64,000 nucleotides of DNA. Origin: an uncultured Pelagibacteraceae bacterium (GTDB taxonomy: Bacteria > Pseudomonadota > Alphaproteobacteria > Pelagibacterales > AG-422-B15). Location: NCBI GenBank assembly GCA_902554325.1, contig CACDOH010000001.1:68135-132134 (forward strand). Reading direction: 5' to 3'. The notes below the pieces were generated by a model. The model was given only the letters and a program-made list of their open reading frames with translations. It ran no database searches and was not told the DNA's origin. Position numbers and translations under genes: made by a program. Positions within the stretch are counted from its first letter, which is position 1. The number at the start of each line of letters is the position of its first letter. Shown here piece after piece: positions 52,604 to 62,629 of the stretch.

Positions 52604-53696
52604 TAATGAACCCTTTCATAAATAATTGCCACAACTTCATTTGAGCAGCATAAGAATTATCTTCAGCAGTTTTTCTAGCGTTCTTAAGTATACTCTGAAT
52701 CGAATCCATTCTATTAATTACATCTAATGAACAATCAGTTAATCCAGCTACATCTCCAATATCGATAAGCCAGCCATTAGCATCGTTCTCTATAAGATCA
52801 ACGGCTTGACCAACCTTAGTAGATATAATAGGAACTCCAATTGCCATAGATTCAAGAACAGCTCTTGGTCCACCTTCCTCTCTTGAAGTTACTAAATATA
52901 AGTCCAACGCGTTATAAAGTTTAGAAATATCAATATAATTTTTTAGATATATGTGAGTAAATTCAACATTTATTTTTGATAATTCTTCTTTTACATATCC
53001 TCTTGACGGTCCACTTAAAAGTACATGAATTTTTTTATTTTTTTGACTTAAGTTTTTTATTGTCTTTATAAATATATCAGGACCTTTTATTAATTTTGGT
53101 ATATTTCCCTCACCCCAACCATCAGAGTCTTTTTGAAAAGATCCAATAACAACAGCATCCTCAGGAATTCTTAGTTCTTTTCTACTGTTAATTTTATCTA
53201 AACTATTTCTATAAGGAAAAAACTCTAAATCAATGCTAATAGGAATACGAAACACTTTAGATGCGTCAATTCTTGTATCTAAAATTCTATTTTTCATATG
53301 CAAATTAGAAACTTGTATTCGATTAATATATTCATGTTTATTTTTAAGTGTTTCAAACATTTCTTTAAATAAAACTGATTTGTGAGTTTCATAATTTTGA
53401 GGATCACCATGAAAGTATGATAACGCTATACGATGCTTCGGATTTTTCCAATTTAACAAAACTTCATACCTTGAAGTATAAAAAATACATTGATTTTTTG
53501 TTGTATATAAACTTCTAGATGGCAAAGTTTCTATATTTAATTTTTTACATAAATTATTCATTTCTTTTGCTATTGAAGATAATACCCAGTTATATCCATC
53601 TCCTCTTATTATCAACTTAGAATAAGGACTTAATTTCATTGATTTGATTCTATCAGAGATATAAAATTGGCTTAATATTCTCTCTTTGTTTAACAT
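52596..53696 (-). CDS. Glycosyltransferase family 4
   Basis: 366 aa. 'TSREEGGPRAVLESMAIGVPIISTKVG'. Confidence 0.7.
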   Translation of the reverse strand: MLNKERILSQFYISDRIKSMKLSPYSKLIIRGDGYNWVLSSIAKEMNNLCKKLNIETLPSRSLYTTKNQCIFYTSRYEVLLNWKNPKHRIALSYFHGDPQNYETHKSVLFKEMFETLKNKHEYINRIQVSNLHMKNRILDTRIDASKVFRIPISIDLEFFPYRNSLDKINSRKELRIPEDAVVIGSFQKDSDGWGEGNIPKLIKGPDIFIKTIKNLSQKNKKIHVLLSGPSRGYVKEELSKINVEFTHIYLKNYIDISKLYNALDLYLVTSREEGGPRAVLESMAIGVPIISTKVGQAVDLIENDANGWLIDIGDVAGLTDCSLDVINRMDSIQSILKNARKTAEDNSYAAQMKLWQLFMKGFIND

Positions 53697-53706
53697 TTAT
53701 TGTCGC

Positions 53707-54675
53707 TTATAAATTTAGATTACGAAATTTGTTCTCAATCATTTCATGCACAATTTTTTTAAGATTATAAGTTGATTTCCACTTAAGAATTTTCTTTGCT
53801 TTTTTGGTATTTCCTTTGTTACAAATTATATCTAGTGGTCGTTTTAATTTTTTATTTATTTTAACATGGTCCTTCCAATTCAAATCAAAATATTCAAATG
53901 CCAATTTAATAAAATCCTTTAATGGATATGATTTACCAGAAGCGATAACAAAGTCCGATGGATTTTTTTGCTGAATAATTAAATACATAGCCTCTACATA
54001 TTCAGGTGACCATCCCCAGTCCCTCTGGATATCAATTGAACCTAATTCAAGAAATTTTCTTTTCTTATTATATATGTCAATCACATTTGAGATAATCTTC
54101 TGAGTTACAAAACTTTTGCTTCTTATTGGAGACTCATGACTAAATAAGATTCCTGAAACTGCAAAAATATTATATGCTTCACGATAATTCTTAACTATGT
54201 AAAATGCAGAGGTCTTTGCAACTGCGTAAGGGCTTAAAGGATTAAATCCTGAAGTCTCGTCAACTAGTTTCTTTCCAGTATTTCCATAACATTCACTCGA
54301 ACATGCTGAAAAGAACTTTATATCAGCTTTTATATCATGAATGCTTTCTAAAATATTTATAGTACTATTTACGATGCTAATATAAGTTGCAGCTGGATAT
54401 TTAAAAGATTTTGCAACCGAACTTATCCCTGAAAGATGGTAAATCTCATCAGGTTTTATCTTTTTAATTAATCTTCTAGTAGCATTAATATCGTCTAAAT
54501 TACATTGGAAGATTTTACAGGAATTTTTAATATTTAATGTGTATAAATTTTTTAAATTTGACTTTTTTTTATTTCTAGTAATTCCAAATATAATATAATT
54601 TTTTTTTAACAAAAAATTAGCTAGATAGGATCCATCCTGACCCGAAATTCCTGTTATGAGTGCCTTCTTTATCAT
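53707..54675 (-). CDS. Divergent GDP-mannose 4,6-dehydratase-type SDR (second Gmd paralogue; dehydratase or reductase)
   Basis: 322 aa. '[15 protein letters not shown]', 'SPYAVAKTSAFY' (YxxxK) and 'GILFSHESPIRSKSFVTQKI', compared with the canonical 'NHESPRRG'. Confidence 0.75.
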   Translation of the reverse strand: MIKKALITGISGQDGSYLANFLLKKNYIIFGITRNKKKSNLKNLYTLNIKNSCKIFQCNLDDINATRRLIKKIKPDEIYHLSGISSVAKSFKYPAATYISIVNSTINILESIHDIKADIKFFSACSSECYGNTGKKLVDETSGFNPLSPYAVAKTSAFYIVKNYREAYNIFAVSGILFSHESPIRSKSFVTQKIISNVIDIYNKKRKFLELGSIDIQRDWGWSPEYVEAMYLIIQQKNPSDFVIASGKSYPLKDFIKLAFEYFDLNWKDHVKINKKLKRPLDIICNKGNTKKAKKILKWKSTYNLKKIVHEMIENKFRNLNL

Positions 54676-54680
54676 TTTAT

Positions 54681-55745
54681 TTATAAGTCTTTTCTAAATC
54701 TCATTATTTGATCTATAATAAATTTCCATCTAGTAAGATAAGTATTTTTTTCCCAAGTTTCTTGATCAATTGTCTTTTTCTTATTAGCTTTAATTATATT
54801 ACTTATTTCTTCAACAATTCCGCTAATATTCTCTGGGTCATTCTTGTAGAAACTACAGTTATCTTCATTTAACCCTAATTCCCTTATTTCTGGGCAGTCA
54901 AATGTAATCATGTTAGATCTAGCTCCAATACATCTATAAGTATCCCAATTTAATAGCCAGTTTGTATCTTCTAATTCTTTTCTGCTCATTCCCCAATTTA
55001 GATGAACTCCAGTTTCACCAAGCTCATGAAAAGGCAAATGTAATGAATATTTGCCAACTCTATAGTGTTTTGACTTTCCGAATTTATTTACAACTTTAAA
55101 ATTACTAAATATTTTTAACCCTTTTAGTAAATCAGCCTCAAAATGTTTATTAGTTCTACCATTATAATTTATTATTGAGTATCCCTTTTCTAATAAACCT
55201 AAAAGAATATCTCTTCTATGAGTCTTAGCTGTTAATCTTCTTGACCTATCCAAAGTACCATTAAAGACAATGTCATAACGAGTATTATTTGGTTCTTTAA
55301 TGCGAAAATTACCTTGAAATGCAAGTGGAGTATAAAAAACTTTATTTTTATTATTGTAAAATTGCCTTAATTCTCTATTGCTTTGTTCAAATATTATATC
55401 TGTATTTGCAAAAATATGATTTTCATTAACCCATTCCATTTGATTAAAAGACCATGTGTATTTATGAATATTTTTTTTATTTTGCAAAAAATTAATTGAG
55501 TCGCGAGTTAAACCTATAAAAATCACTCCATTATATTTATGATAATTTTTTAGAAACGAGTTAATATATGTTATATTAAATTTAATGTCTGTATTTTTGC
55601 AAACTTTACTTAAACAATATCTAGTGTGCAAATAGTCATGTTGGCTTCCATAAGCGTATGCATATTGACTATGCCAAGAAACCTTGGGTACAACAGCAAG
55701 CTTGTAAGTTTTATTGTTTGTAGTAAAAATCATTAATTCTCTCAC
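54681..55745 (-). CDS. Hypothetical protein (possibly CgeB/DUF3880-like glycosyltransferase)
   Basis: 354 aa, soluble, with no catalytic motif I can name. Overlaps the upstream aminotransferase 3' end by ~23-35 nt. Confidence 0.35.
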   Translation of the reverse strand: MRELMIFTTNNKTYKLAVVPKVSWHSQYAYAYGSQHDYLHTRYCLSKVCKNTDIKFNITYINSFLKNYHKYNGVIFIGLTRDSINFLQNKKNIHKYTWSFNQMEWVNENHIFANTDIIFEQSNRELRQFYNNKNKVFYTPLAFQGNFRIKEPNNTRYDIVFNGTLDRSRRLTAKTHRRDILLGLLEKGYSIINYNGRTNKHFEADLLKGLKIFSNFKVVNKFGKSKHYRVGKYSLHLPFHELGETGVHLNWGMSRKELEDTNWLLNWDTYRCIGARSNMITFDCPEIRELGLNEDNCSFYKNDPENISGIVEEISNIIKANKKKTIDQETWEKNTYLTRWKFIIDQIMRFRKDL

Positions 55746-56823
55746 ATATATTTTTAATATCAGTTTTTTTTAAATCTATTGAAGATGGCAACCACAATCC
55801 TTCTTTCGCTATCATTTCTGAAATTGGAAAATCCCCTCTACATTTATATATTTTCTGAGAATTAATTGATGGATACATTAATCTTGTATTTATGTTAAAA
55901 TTCTTAAGATACTTAACTAAATTTGTTCTATTTTTAGCAATAATCTCTACAAACCACGGTGCAGTATCCTTTAGAGGGTTATCTAATATTTGAATGTTTT
56001 TATTACACATTAGAAATTGTTTATATTTTCGAAAAATCATTTTCTTCTTAGAAATTCTAACTCTAATTTTTTTCATTTGCTCTATTCCAATTACAGCTTG
56101 AATATCGGTAAATTTAAAATTGAAGCCAAAAAAATCATGAACATCATTTCCTCCACTTCTTCTGCCAAAATCCTTTAGAAGCATAATCTTTTTTGCTAGT
56201 TTACTGCTATTAGTTACAATAGCTCCTCCCTGCCCAGTACTAATAATCTTAGCAGGCGAAAATGAAAAAGATCCAATATCTCCTTCAGTCCCCATATGGC
56301 TACCATTAGGATAAAATGAACCTAATGATTGCGCAGAATCTTCAATTAAAAAAATTTTTTTCTTCTTACATAAATTTCTTAATTTACTAATATCATATGA
56401 TGGATAGCGTCCATTTGCAGATACTAATACTATAGCTTTTGTTTTTTTTGTAATACTTGAAACAACCTTGTTATAATCTAAACATAAAGTTTTTTCTTCA
56501 ACGTCAACTAAAACAATTTTTGCACCCAATAACCTGAAGGCGTTAGGCGTTGCTATCATTGTAAAATTAGGAACAATAATTTCATCTCCATTTCCAATTC
56601 CACAAGCAAGACCTGCAACTAAAAGACTTACCGAGCCATTATTGACTAAAAAGCAGTATTTTGAACCTGTATAATTTCTAATCATACTTTCTAACTCTCT
56701 TGTTTTTTTGAACTCTGTAACCCAACCGCCTTCTTTCATATATTTGTTTAAAGCTACTCTCTCTTCCTTTCCAAAACTAGGTTCAAACTGTGAAATTGAT
56801 TTATATTTAATATTTTTTTTCAT
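55711..56823 (-). CDS. DegT/DnrJ/EryC1/StrS-family PLP sugar aminotransferase
   Basis: 370 aa. 'EDSAQSLG' and 'FSFSPAKIISTGQGGAI' (PLP-Lys). Confidence 0.88.
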   Translation of the reverse strand: MKKNIKYKSISQFEPSFGKEERVALNKYMKEGGWVTEFKKTRELESMIRNYTGSKYCFLVNNGSVSLLVAGLACGIGNGDEIIVPNFTMIATPNAFRLLGAKIVLVDVEEKTLCLDYNKVVSSITKKTKAIVLVSANGRYPSYDISKLRNLCKKKKIFLIEDSAQSLGSFYPNGSHMGTEGDIGSFSFSPAKIISTGQGGAIVTNSSKLAKKIMLLKDFGRRSGGNDVHDFFGFNFKFTDIQAVIGIEQMKKIRVRISKKKMIFRKYKQFLMCNKNIQILDNPLKDTAPWFVEIIAKNRTNLVKYLKNFNINTRLMYPSINSQKIYKCRGDFPISEMIAKEGLWLPSSIDLKKTDIKNICERINDFYYKQ

Positions 56824-56830
56824 ATTTTTA

Positions 56831-57376
56831 TTACTTTATTGCTGAAATATTTAAACTAATCAATATACCATCTTGATCTAGATGAGGTACGTATGCTTTA
56901 CTATAATCATCAAACTCTTCTCCAAATTCTTCTAATGGATTAAATTTCTCAATATTTTTAAAGTTTATACTTTCTAATAAATTCTTAAGTAATTTAAAAT
57001 CATAAGCTGTTTTATGATAAATAAAGTCGCCATTATCTAGAGACCATTTACCATATAAAGGTCCTAATATGCCTCTATGATTAAGATCATTATATTTTAA
57101 GTACACTTTTACTATTGACTCAAAGTTTGGGACAGCAAGTAACAGAGTGCCGCCAATTTTTAATACTCTTCTCCACTCAGTCAAAACTAAGACCGCTTCC
57201 TCCTGATTAAAATATTCTAACGTATGAGAAGAATATATTTTATCTACGGAGCCGTTTTCAAACATAGATAAATTTTTAACATCACATTTATAATCTATGT
57301 GTGGTCCATCATTAACATCAATATGTAGATAATCTTTTAAATACTTTTCACCACAACCTAAGTGAATTTTTATCAT
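56831..57376 (-). CDS. Class I SAM-dependent methyltransferase (Methyltransf_11-like)
   Basis: 181 aa. 'IHLGCGEKYL', 'VDKIYSSHTLEYF' and 'LKIGGTLLLAVP'. Confidence 0.7.
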   Translation of the reverse strand: MIKIHLGCGEKYLKDYLHIDVNDGPHIDYKCDVKNLSMFENGSVDKIYSSHTLEYFNQEEAVLVLTEWRRVLKIGGTLLLAVPNFESIVKVYLKYNDLNHRGILGPLYGKWSLDNGDFIYHKTAYDFKLLKNLLESINFKNIEKFNPLEEFGEEFDDYSKAYVPHLDQDGILISLNISAIK

Positions 57377-57377
57377 A

Positions 57378-57776
57378 TTAAAATTTCTTCTTATCTTTAT
57401 CTACATCGGTAAATGGGCCATTTTTTGACTCAATTATTTTAGTATTATTTTCTAAAATTTCATATCCATGCCCACCATAGGCAAATACAGCTAGGTCACC
57501 CTCATATAATACAAACTCATCAAAAAAATTTTGTTCTTCATCAAATAATGTAACCTTCATGGATCCTGATTTCACATAAGTCATTTCCATTGTACGGTTT
57601 GCAATTCTTTGAAATTCGTTATGTAAATGAGAATCAAGAATTTTTCCTTTTTGATACCACCAGGATCCAACTTGTATACTAAGTTCATTGGGTGTAATAA
57701 AATTTAAACCTTCCTTCCAATCATTATTCCTATAAATAATACTAAATATTTTGTTGTCTTTTTTTATTATCTGCAC
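57378..57776 (-). CDS. Small cupin protein (FdtA/WxcM-sized; candidate sugar ketoisomerase)
   Basis: 132 aa. Cupin-like 'DSHLHNEF' and 'GGHGYEI' motifs. Its stop abuts the next gene's start. Confidence 0.5.
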   Translation of the reverse strand: MQIIKKDNKIFSIIYRNNDWKEGLNFITPNELSIQVGSWWYQKGKILDSHLHNEFQRIANRTMEMTYVKSGSMKVTLFDEEQNFFDEFVLYEGDLAVFAYGGHGYEILENNTKIIESKNGPFTDVDKDKKKF

Positions 57777-58313
57777 TCACTTATCCCTGTCATTTAGTAT
57801 TGGATCATCAATTAACCAATCAATTTCTAATCTACTGTCATTCCATTTTACTACAAATTGATCTTCTACATCAAAATATTCTCCTATGTATGCTAATTTA
57901 TAATGATAAACTACATCATCACTTAAAGCGCAGTATCCATTCGCAAAATTAGGTGGAACAAGAATTACTGTTTGATTTTTATCATTAATTATAAATGATT
58001 CCCATTGCAGGTAAGTTTCTGACTCAGGCCTAAAGTCAACTACTACTTGTTGTATTTCTCCATAAACACAGGTAACCAGTTTCCATGTTTTAACATCCCC
58101 GTGTAAGCCCCTTAGAACATTTTTCTTTGAGCAGGAAAATTTATCGTGTATAAATTCTAAATCCTCAGGAAGATAATTTTTAAATTTTTCTTTTAAATAA
58201 GTAGTATAAATTGAACCTCGAAAATCATTGTAAACTGATAACTTAAATGCATGTAAGTCAGCAATTTTGTTTGGTTTTATAAGCTCTAGATCGCTAGATT
58301 GATCAAAAGACAT
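57777..58313 (-). CDS. RmlC-like NDP-4-keto-6-deoxy-sugar 3,5-epimerase
   Basis: 178 aa. 'D.RGS...TY', 'LRGLHGD' and 'PPNFANGYCALSD' follow the dTDP-4-dehydrorhamnose epimerase pattern. Confidence 0.75.
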   Translation of the reverse strand: MSFDQSSDLELIKPNKIADLHAFKLSVYNDFRGSIYTTYLKEKFKNYLPEDLEFIHDKFSCSKKNVLRGLHGDVKTWKLVTCVYGEIQQVVVDFRPESETYLQWESFIINDKNQTVILVPPNFANGYCALSDDVVYHYKLAYIGEYFDVEDQFVVKWNDSRLEIDWLIDDPILNDRDK

Positions 58314-58319
58314 ATTTTT

Positions 58320-59345
58320 TTATAAATTTTGTTTTATTTTTTCAAGATCTGATTTAACCATAATTGAAACTAAATCTTTAAATTTTGTTTTTGCTTCCCA
58401 ACCTAAGACTTTTTTGGATTTTGAAGGATCTCCTAATAAATAATCTACCTCAAGTGGTCTATAATAGTAAGGGTCAATCTTAATAATTTCTTTGTTTGTT
58501 TTTTTATCAACACCACACTCATCAATACCACTATTCTTCCAAATTACTTCAATCTCTACCTCCTTGAATGCGGCCTCAATAAACTCTCTAACTGAATGCA
58601 TTTCTCCCGTGGCAAGAATGTAGTCATCTGGTTTATCTTGTTGCAACATCTTCCACATTCCTTCAACATATTCAGGTGCGTATCCCCAATCTCTCTTTGC
58701 TTCCAAATTTCCTATATAAAGGACTTCTTCAATGCCTAATTTAATTTTAACTGCTGCAGTTGAAATTTTTTTAGTAACAAAAGACTCACCTCTTCGTGGA
58801 GATTCATGATTAAACAGTATGCCGTTTGTAGCATGTATATTGTAAGCATCTCGATAAGTAACAATAGACCAGTATGAAAATAATTTTGAAACAGCATATG
58901 GAGACCGAGGATTAAATGGTGTCTTTTCAGTTTGAGGAGATTCCAAAACTTTTCCGTAAAGTTCACTTGTGGAGGCTTGATAAAATTTAGAATTAATCCC
59001 AGTAGATTTGATTGCATCAAGAAACTTTAGTGTTCCAAGAGCATCAACATGGGTGGTATACTCTGGGATATCAAACGATACTCTAACATCACTTTGCGCA
59101 GCTAGATTGTAGATTTCGCTTGGCTCAACTTTTTCAAGAATTCTATTAAGGTTACTTGTATCTGTGATATCTCCATAATATGTCTTCAAATCATGATTGT
59201 TTATTATTTGAGATATTCTTGAGGTATTTAATGAACTGCTTCTTCTAATAATGCCATGTACTTCATAATTTTTTGAAAGAAGAAACTCGGCTAAATATGA
59301 ACCGTCTTGACCTGTAATACCAGTTATAAGCGCTTTTTTCTTCAT
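58320..59345 (-). CDS. gmd: GDP-mannose 4,6-dehydratase
   Basis: 341 aa. '[19 protein letters not shown]', '[12 protein letters not shown]' and '[20 protein letters not shown]'. Confidence 0.9.
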   Translation of the reverse strand: MKKKALITGITGQDGSYLAEFLLSKNYEVHGIIRRSSSLNTSRISQIINNHDLKTYYGDITDTSNLNRILEKVEPSEIYNLAAQSDVRVSFDIPEYTTHVDALGTLKFLDAIKSTGINSKFYQASTSELYGKVLESPQTEKTPFNPRSPYAVSKLFSYWSIVTYRDAYNIHATNGILFNHESPRRGESFVTKKISTAAVKIKLGIEEVLYIGNLEAKRDWGYAPEYVEGMWKMLQQDKPDDYILATGEMHSVREFIEAAFKEVEIEVIWKNSGIDECGVDKKTNKEIIKIDPYYYRPLEVDYLLGDPSKSKKVLGWEAKTKFKDLVSIMVKSDLEKIKQNL

Positions 59346-59375
59346 CTTAATATCTTATAGCACTATAACAAAAAT

Positions 59376-60044
59376 TTAATCAATCTTTTTTAGAATAATG
59401 AAGTAGCCAGTATTGATGTATAATTTACTTTTAGAAGAAAATCTATCGAGGAACCTAAATAAAAAACTAAAAATTAATAGAAGTCTAGATAAAAAAAAAC
59501 TCCCATTTAGATGAAAACTTGTTCTCAATAAATCGTATATTACTGAACTGGTTCCTCCCATTCTTATAAACTTTTCCAATTTTAAATTATAACTTTTAAA
59601 AGTTCTTTTTAAGAATGACTCTGTATATCTAATCTTATCAATATCTGCGTCTCCATGTATCGAATGAATTAATGGAACACTGATTATCATATAAGAATTA
59701 ATTTTTAATATTCTTGAAGCCTCTTTTAATACTTGATTTATATCTTCTACATATTCTAATAATTCCAACATCAATACTGTATCTACAGAACAATCCTTCA
59801 ATGGTAAATTATTAGCATCTGCTAAAATGTCAGGGTTAGATGAAGCATTATTATTTAAATATTGCCAAGTTAAAAATGTACAATCCTTATTAGAAAAAGA
59901 CCCACGCGGATTTTTTTTTATGCCACCAATGTCGATAACATTTCCCTTAATATAATTTTTACTTTGAAACAGTAATTTGTCTAAAATTCTCCTTCTTTCA
60001 CTGCCGTTATCAAAAAAAATCATAAAATTCTTCTTTGTTATCAT
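59376..60044 (-). CDS. Class I SAM-dependent methyltransferase
   Basis: 222 aa. 'VIDIGG' and 'DCSVDTVLMLELLEYVED' motifs. Confidence 0.65.
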   Translation of the reverse strand: MITKKNFMIFFDNGSERRRILDKLLFQSKNYIKGNVIDIGGIKKNPRGSFSNKDCTFLTWQYLNNNASSNPDILADANNLPLKDCSVDTVLMLELLEYVEDINQVLKEASRILKINSYMIISVPLIHSIHGDADIDKIRYTESFLKRTFKSYNLKLEKFIRMGGTSSVIYDLLRTSFHLNGSFFLSRLLLIFSFLFRFLDRFSSKSKLYINTGYFIILKKID

Positions 60045-60726
60045 CTAATATTTTTTTTAGCCATTTAACGCCATACAGTTTTATTTCTCTATCATGAAAA
60101 CAAACTTGATTCTTAGAATCGATAATTTTTAAATTATATTCATGTTTGATAGCATTATCTGCATTAATATATTTTATTCCGTTTTGATATGCTGCTTTGA
60201 TAGTTTTAAGACAATATACATTTCCAGGAGGAATTAGTATATTAACATCCTCTTCAAGCCAATCATCAAGAATTTGTTTTCCTTTTCTTATGTTTTCAAA
60301 ATGGAGTTCAAATGGAAGATAATCCCAAAATTCTCTATGATATTTTCTGTTTGAAGTAAATAATCTTGGTTTATGCTTTCCTACTATGCAATGTGTTAAC
60401 CCATGGAGGGCTACTTTAAATGAACCTTCTTTTACTTTATTTTTAATAAACATTGCCTCTTTAGGAAATTTAATTGGAAAAGGGGTTAGATTGGAATCTT
60501 TGTCTACCCAACAAGCAGTTACACCTATCAATAATTTTGCATTATACTTATTGATCAATAAAGATATATTTTTCCAGTCTTCTAAGGATAACTCAGAATA
60601 TTTTCCCCAAGCTTTGAAGTGTCGTAAATATTTAAGAAATAAAAAGTTTCCAAAACCAAAGTACTTTTTAGAATAAATTTCAAATTCTTTACTACTGGCA
60701 CCAATATCATCTATTCTTAATAACAT
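60010..60726 (-). CDS. Polysaccharide deacetylase-like (DUF2334-type) protein
   Basis: 238 aa. 'LLRIDDIG' start and 'ALHGLTH' motif resemble the divergent NodB/DUF2334 fold. Tentative. Confidence 0.5.
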   Translation of the reverse strand: MLLRIDDIGASSKEFEIYSKKYFGFGNFLFLKYLRHFKAWGKYSELSLEDWKNISLLINKYNAKLLIGVTACWVDKDSNLTPFPIKFPKEAMFIKNKVKEGSFKVALHGLTHCIVGKHKPRLFTSNRKYHREFWDYLPFELHFENIRKGKQILDDWLEEDVNILIPPGNVYCLKTIKAAYQNGIKYINADNAIKHEYNLKIIDSKNQVCFHDREIKLYGVKWLKKILDDNKEEFYDFF

Positions 60727-60742
60727 ACTAAATCATACTTGT

Positions 60743-62611
60743 TTATAATGATAATCTTGATGATATTTTATTTTCATCCTCGTACTCTTTGCTTAAAAAA
60801 TTATAAATATTCGAAGAACCAATTAAATAATCGTGTGTTCCTGAACTTTCAATTTTCCCATTGTGCATAACAATGATTTGATCAAAATTCTTTATATTTT
60901 CTATTTTATGTGTGATAAAAATTATGCTTCTTTTTCTATTTAAAAATAACTTATTTAGTATCTCTTTTTCGTTTTGATTATCTAGGGAGCTCGTAGCTTC
61001 ATCAAGAACAAGTATTTCGGGGTCAAGAAGAATTGCTCTTGCAATTGCAAGCCGTTGTAATTGTCCTACAGATAATTTAATTCCATTTTCACCAATTCTG
61101 GTATGCTCTTTATTTTCACTGTCATTTATAAAATTTCCACTATTAGATAGATTTACTGCCTCATCAAATTGTGCTTGAGAAAAATCATCCCTGAATAAAG
61201 TAATATTATTATAGATTGTGTCATCAAAGAAAAGATTCTTTTGAGTGACTACACCAAACAGTTTTCTATAAGACTTATCTTCATAATCTTGTAAATTATT
61301 ACCATTTAATTTAATTGTACCTTTAAATTCATCGTGATTTTTAATAAGCAAATCAATAAGAGTAGATTTACCACTCCCACTCAGACCTACAATAGCAACT
61401 TTCTTTAAATCTAAATTAATTGCAATATTAATATCTTTTAAAATCTTTTTATCTCCATATGAAAATTCCAAGTTCTCGATTTTAAAATCTTTAATAGAGC
61501 CTAACCTTAAGCCTTTTTCTGGTTTATTAATGTTTGATTGAATTAAAAATGTCTTAAAAATAGCATCGTATGATGAATTAATTTTTGTTAACTGAGTAAA
61601 AATTTTACTAAAATTATTCAACGGATTTAGAAATATTTTACCTACAACTACATACATCACTGCACCTTGTGGACTAATAGAGCCATTAAAAATAGCTAAA
61701 GAAGATGCAGCAACAATAATAATAAGTGATAAATTATCTATAAATCCTTTCAATGGACTTTCTATGCTACTTATGAAGTTAAATTTTCTATCGGCATTTT
61801 TATAATTATCTATATTTGTCTTTATTTTATGCAAAAATTTCTGTTTTATGCCATAGGTAAAAATAATTTTTATATTTGAAAATATTTCATAAAATTTACT
61901 ACTTAATTCTGCATTAGAAGTGAATATTGCTTTGTTGGTTGCTTTAATAGGCCTAATGAGAATTGCTGTAGCAATATAGTATATTAAACCAATTAATATA
62001 CACACCAAACTTATATACAAACTTGTATTAACTAGATATAGAAAGTAAAAAATTAATAAAAAAGTATTTTTTAACGCTTCGCTCGAAACGTGGCCTATAC
62101 CATAGGCTGTAATATTCGCATCGTTTAATACTCGAGCTACTGAATCCCCAGATGATTTGTTATTAAAAAAATTAAGATTGAATGAAAAATATTTATTAAA
62201 TAAATTATATCTGATCTTTGAAGATAATTCTGTCGTATATAAAATTTTAAAAATACCAGCAATATAATCAAATAAATTAGACAGGAACACAAGTAATAAA
62301 AAAAGTCCAAGAAATAAAACTACGGTATTTTCAATAGGCAAAGCTTCTAAATAAAATATGCTATTTAAATAATCTAATACTATCAATCCTGCATTATTTA
62401 AATCAAAAATATTTCCATTATTATTTTGACTTGTAGAAAAATCGTTAAATGAAAAGTTGGAGTAATCAATAAATAAGGTTATTACTGTTGCTAATATAGC
62501 TGGCTGTAGAACAGCAAAAATAGATGATACTATTTGAATACCACTTATTAACGCGATATATTTTTTATAAGGCCAGAAATATTTTTTAATAAGGTCTTTT
62601 AATTTTTCCAT
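60743..62611 (-). CDS. Fused TMD-NBD ABC exporter (MsbA/PglK-like)
   Basis: 622 aa. Six-TM N-terminal half, Walker A 'GLSGSGKST', signature 'LSVGQLQRLAIARA' and Walker B 'ILVLDEATSSLD'. Confidence 0.9.
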   Translation of the reverse strand: MEKLKDLIKKYFWPYKKYIALISGIQIVSSIFAVLQPAILATVITLFIDYSNFSFNDFSTSQNNNGNIFDLNNAGLIVLDYLNSIFYLEALPIENTVVLFLGLFLLLVFLSNLFDYIAGIFKILYTTELSSKIRYNLFNKYFSFNLNFFNNKSSGDSVARVLNDANITAYGIGHVSSEALKNTFLLIFYFLYLVNTSLYISLVCILIGLIYYIATAILIRPIKATNKAIFTSNAELSSKFYEIFSNIKIIFTYGIKQKFLHKIKTNIDNYKNADRKFNFISSIESPLKGFIDNLSLIIIVAASSLAIFNGSISPQGAVMYVVVGKIFLNPLNNFSKIFTQLTKINSSYDAIFKTFLIQSNINKPEKGLRLGSIKDFKIENLEFSYGDKKILKDINIAINLDLKKVAIVGLSGSGKSTLIDLLIKNHDEFKGTIKLNGNNLQDYEDKSYRKLFGVVTQKNLFFDDTIYNNITLFRDDFSQAQFDEAVNLSNSGNFINDSENKEHTRIGENGIKLSVGQLQRLAIARAILLDPEILVLDEATSSLDNQNEKEILNKLFLNRKRSIIFITHKIENIKNFDQIIVMHNGKIESSGTHDYLIGSSNIYNFLSKEYEDENKISSRLSL

Positions 62612-62629
62612 AAACTACATACAAGATAT

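Noticed and set aside
59911-59919. Homopolymeric A/T runs of 8-9 nt in island genes (for example T9 in the methyltransferase at 59911-59919, T8 at 63403-63410, A9 in the pntAA-upstream sORF) as phase-variation switches.
   Set aside because: Runs of this length are expected by chance at this A+T content and occur in core genes too. There is no evidence of frameshifted alleles in the window.
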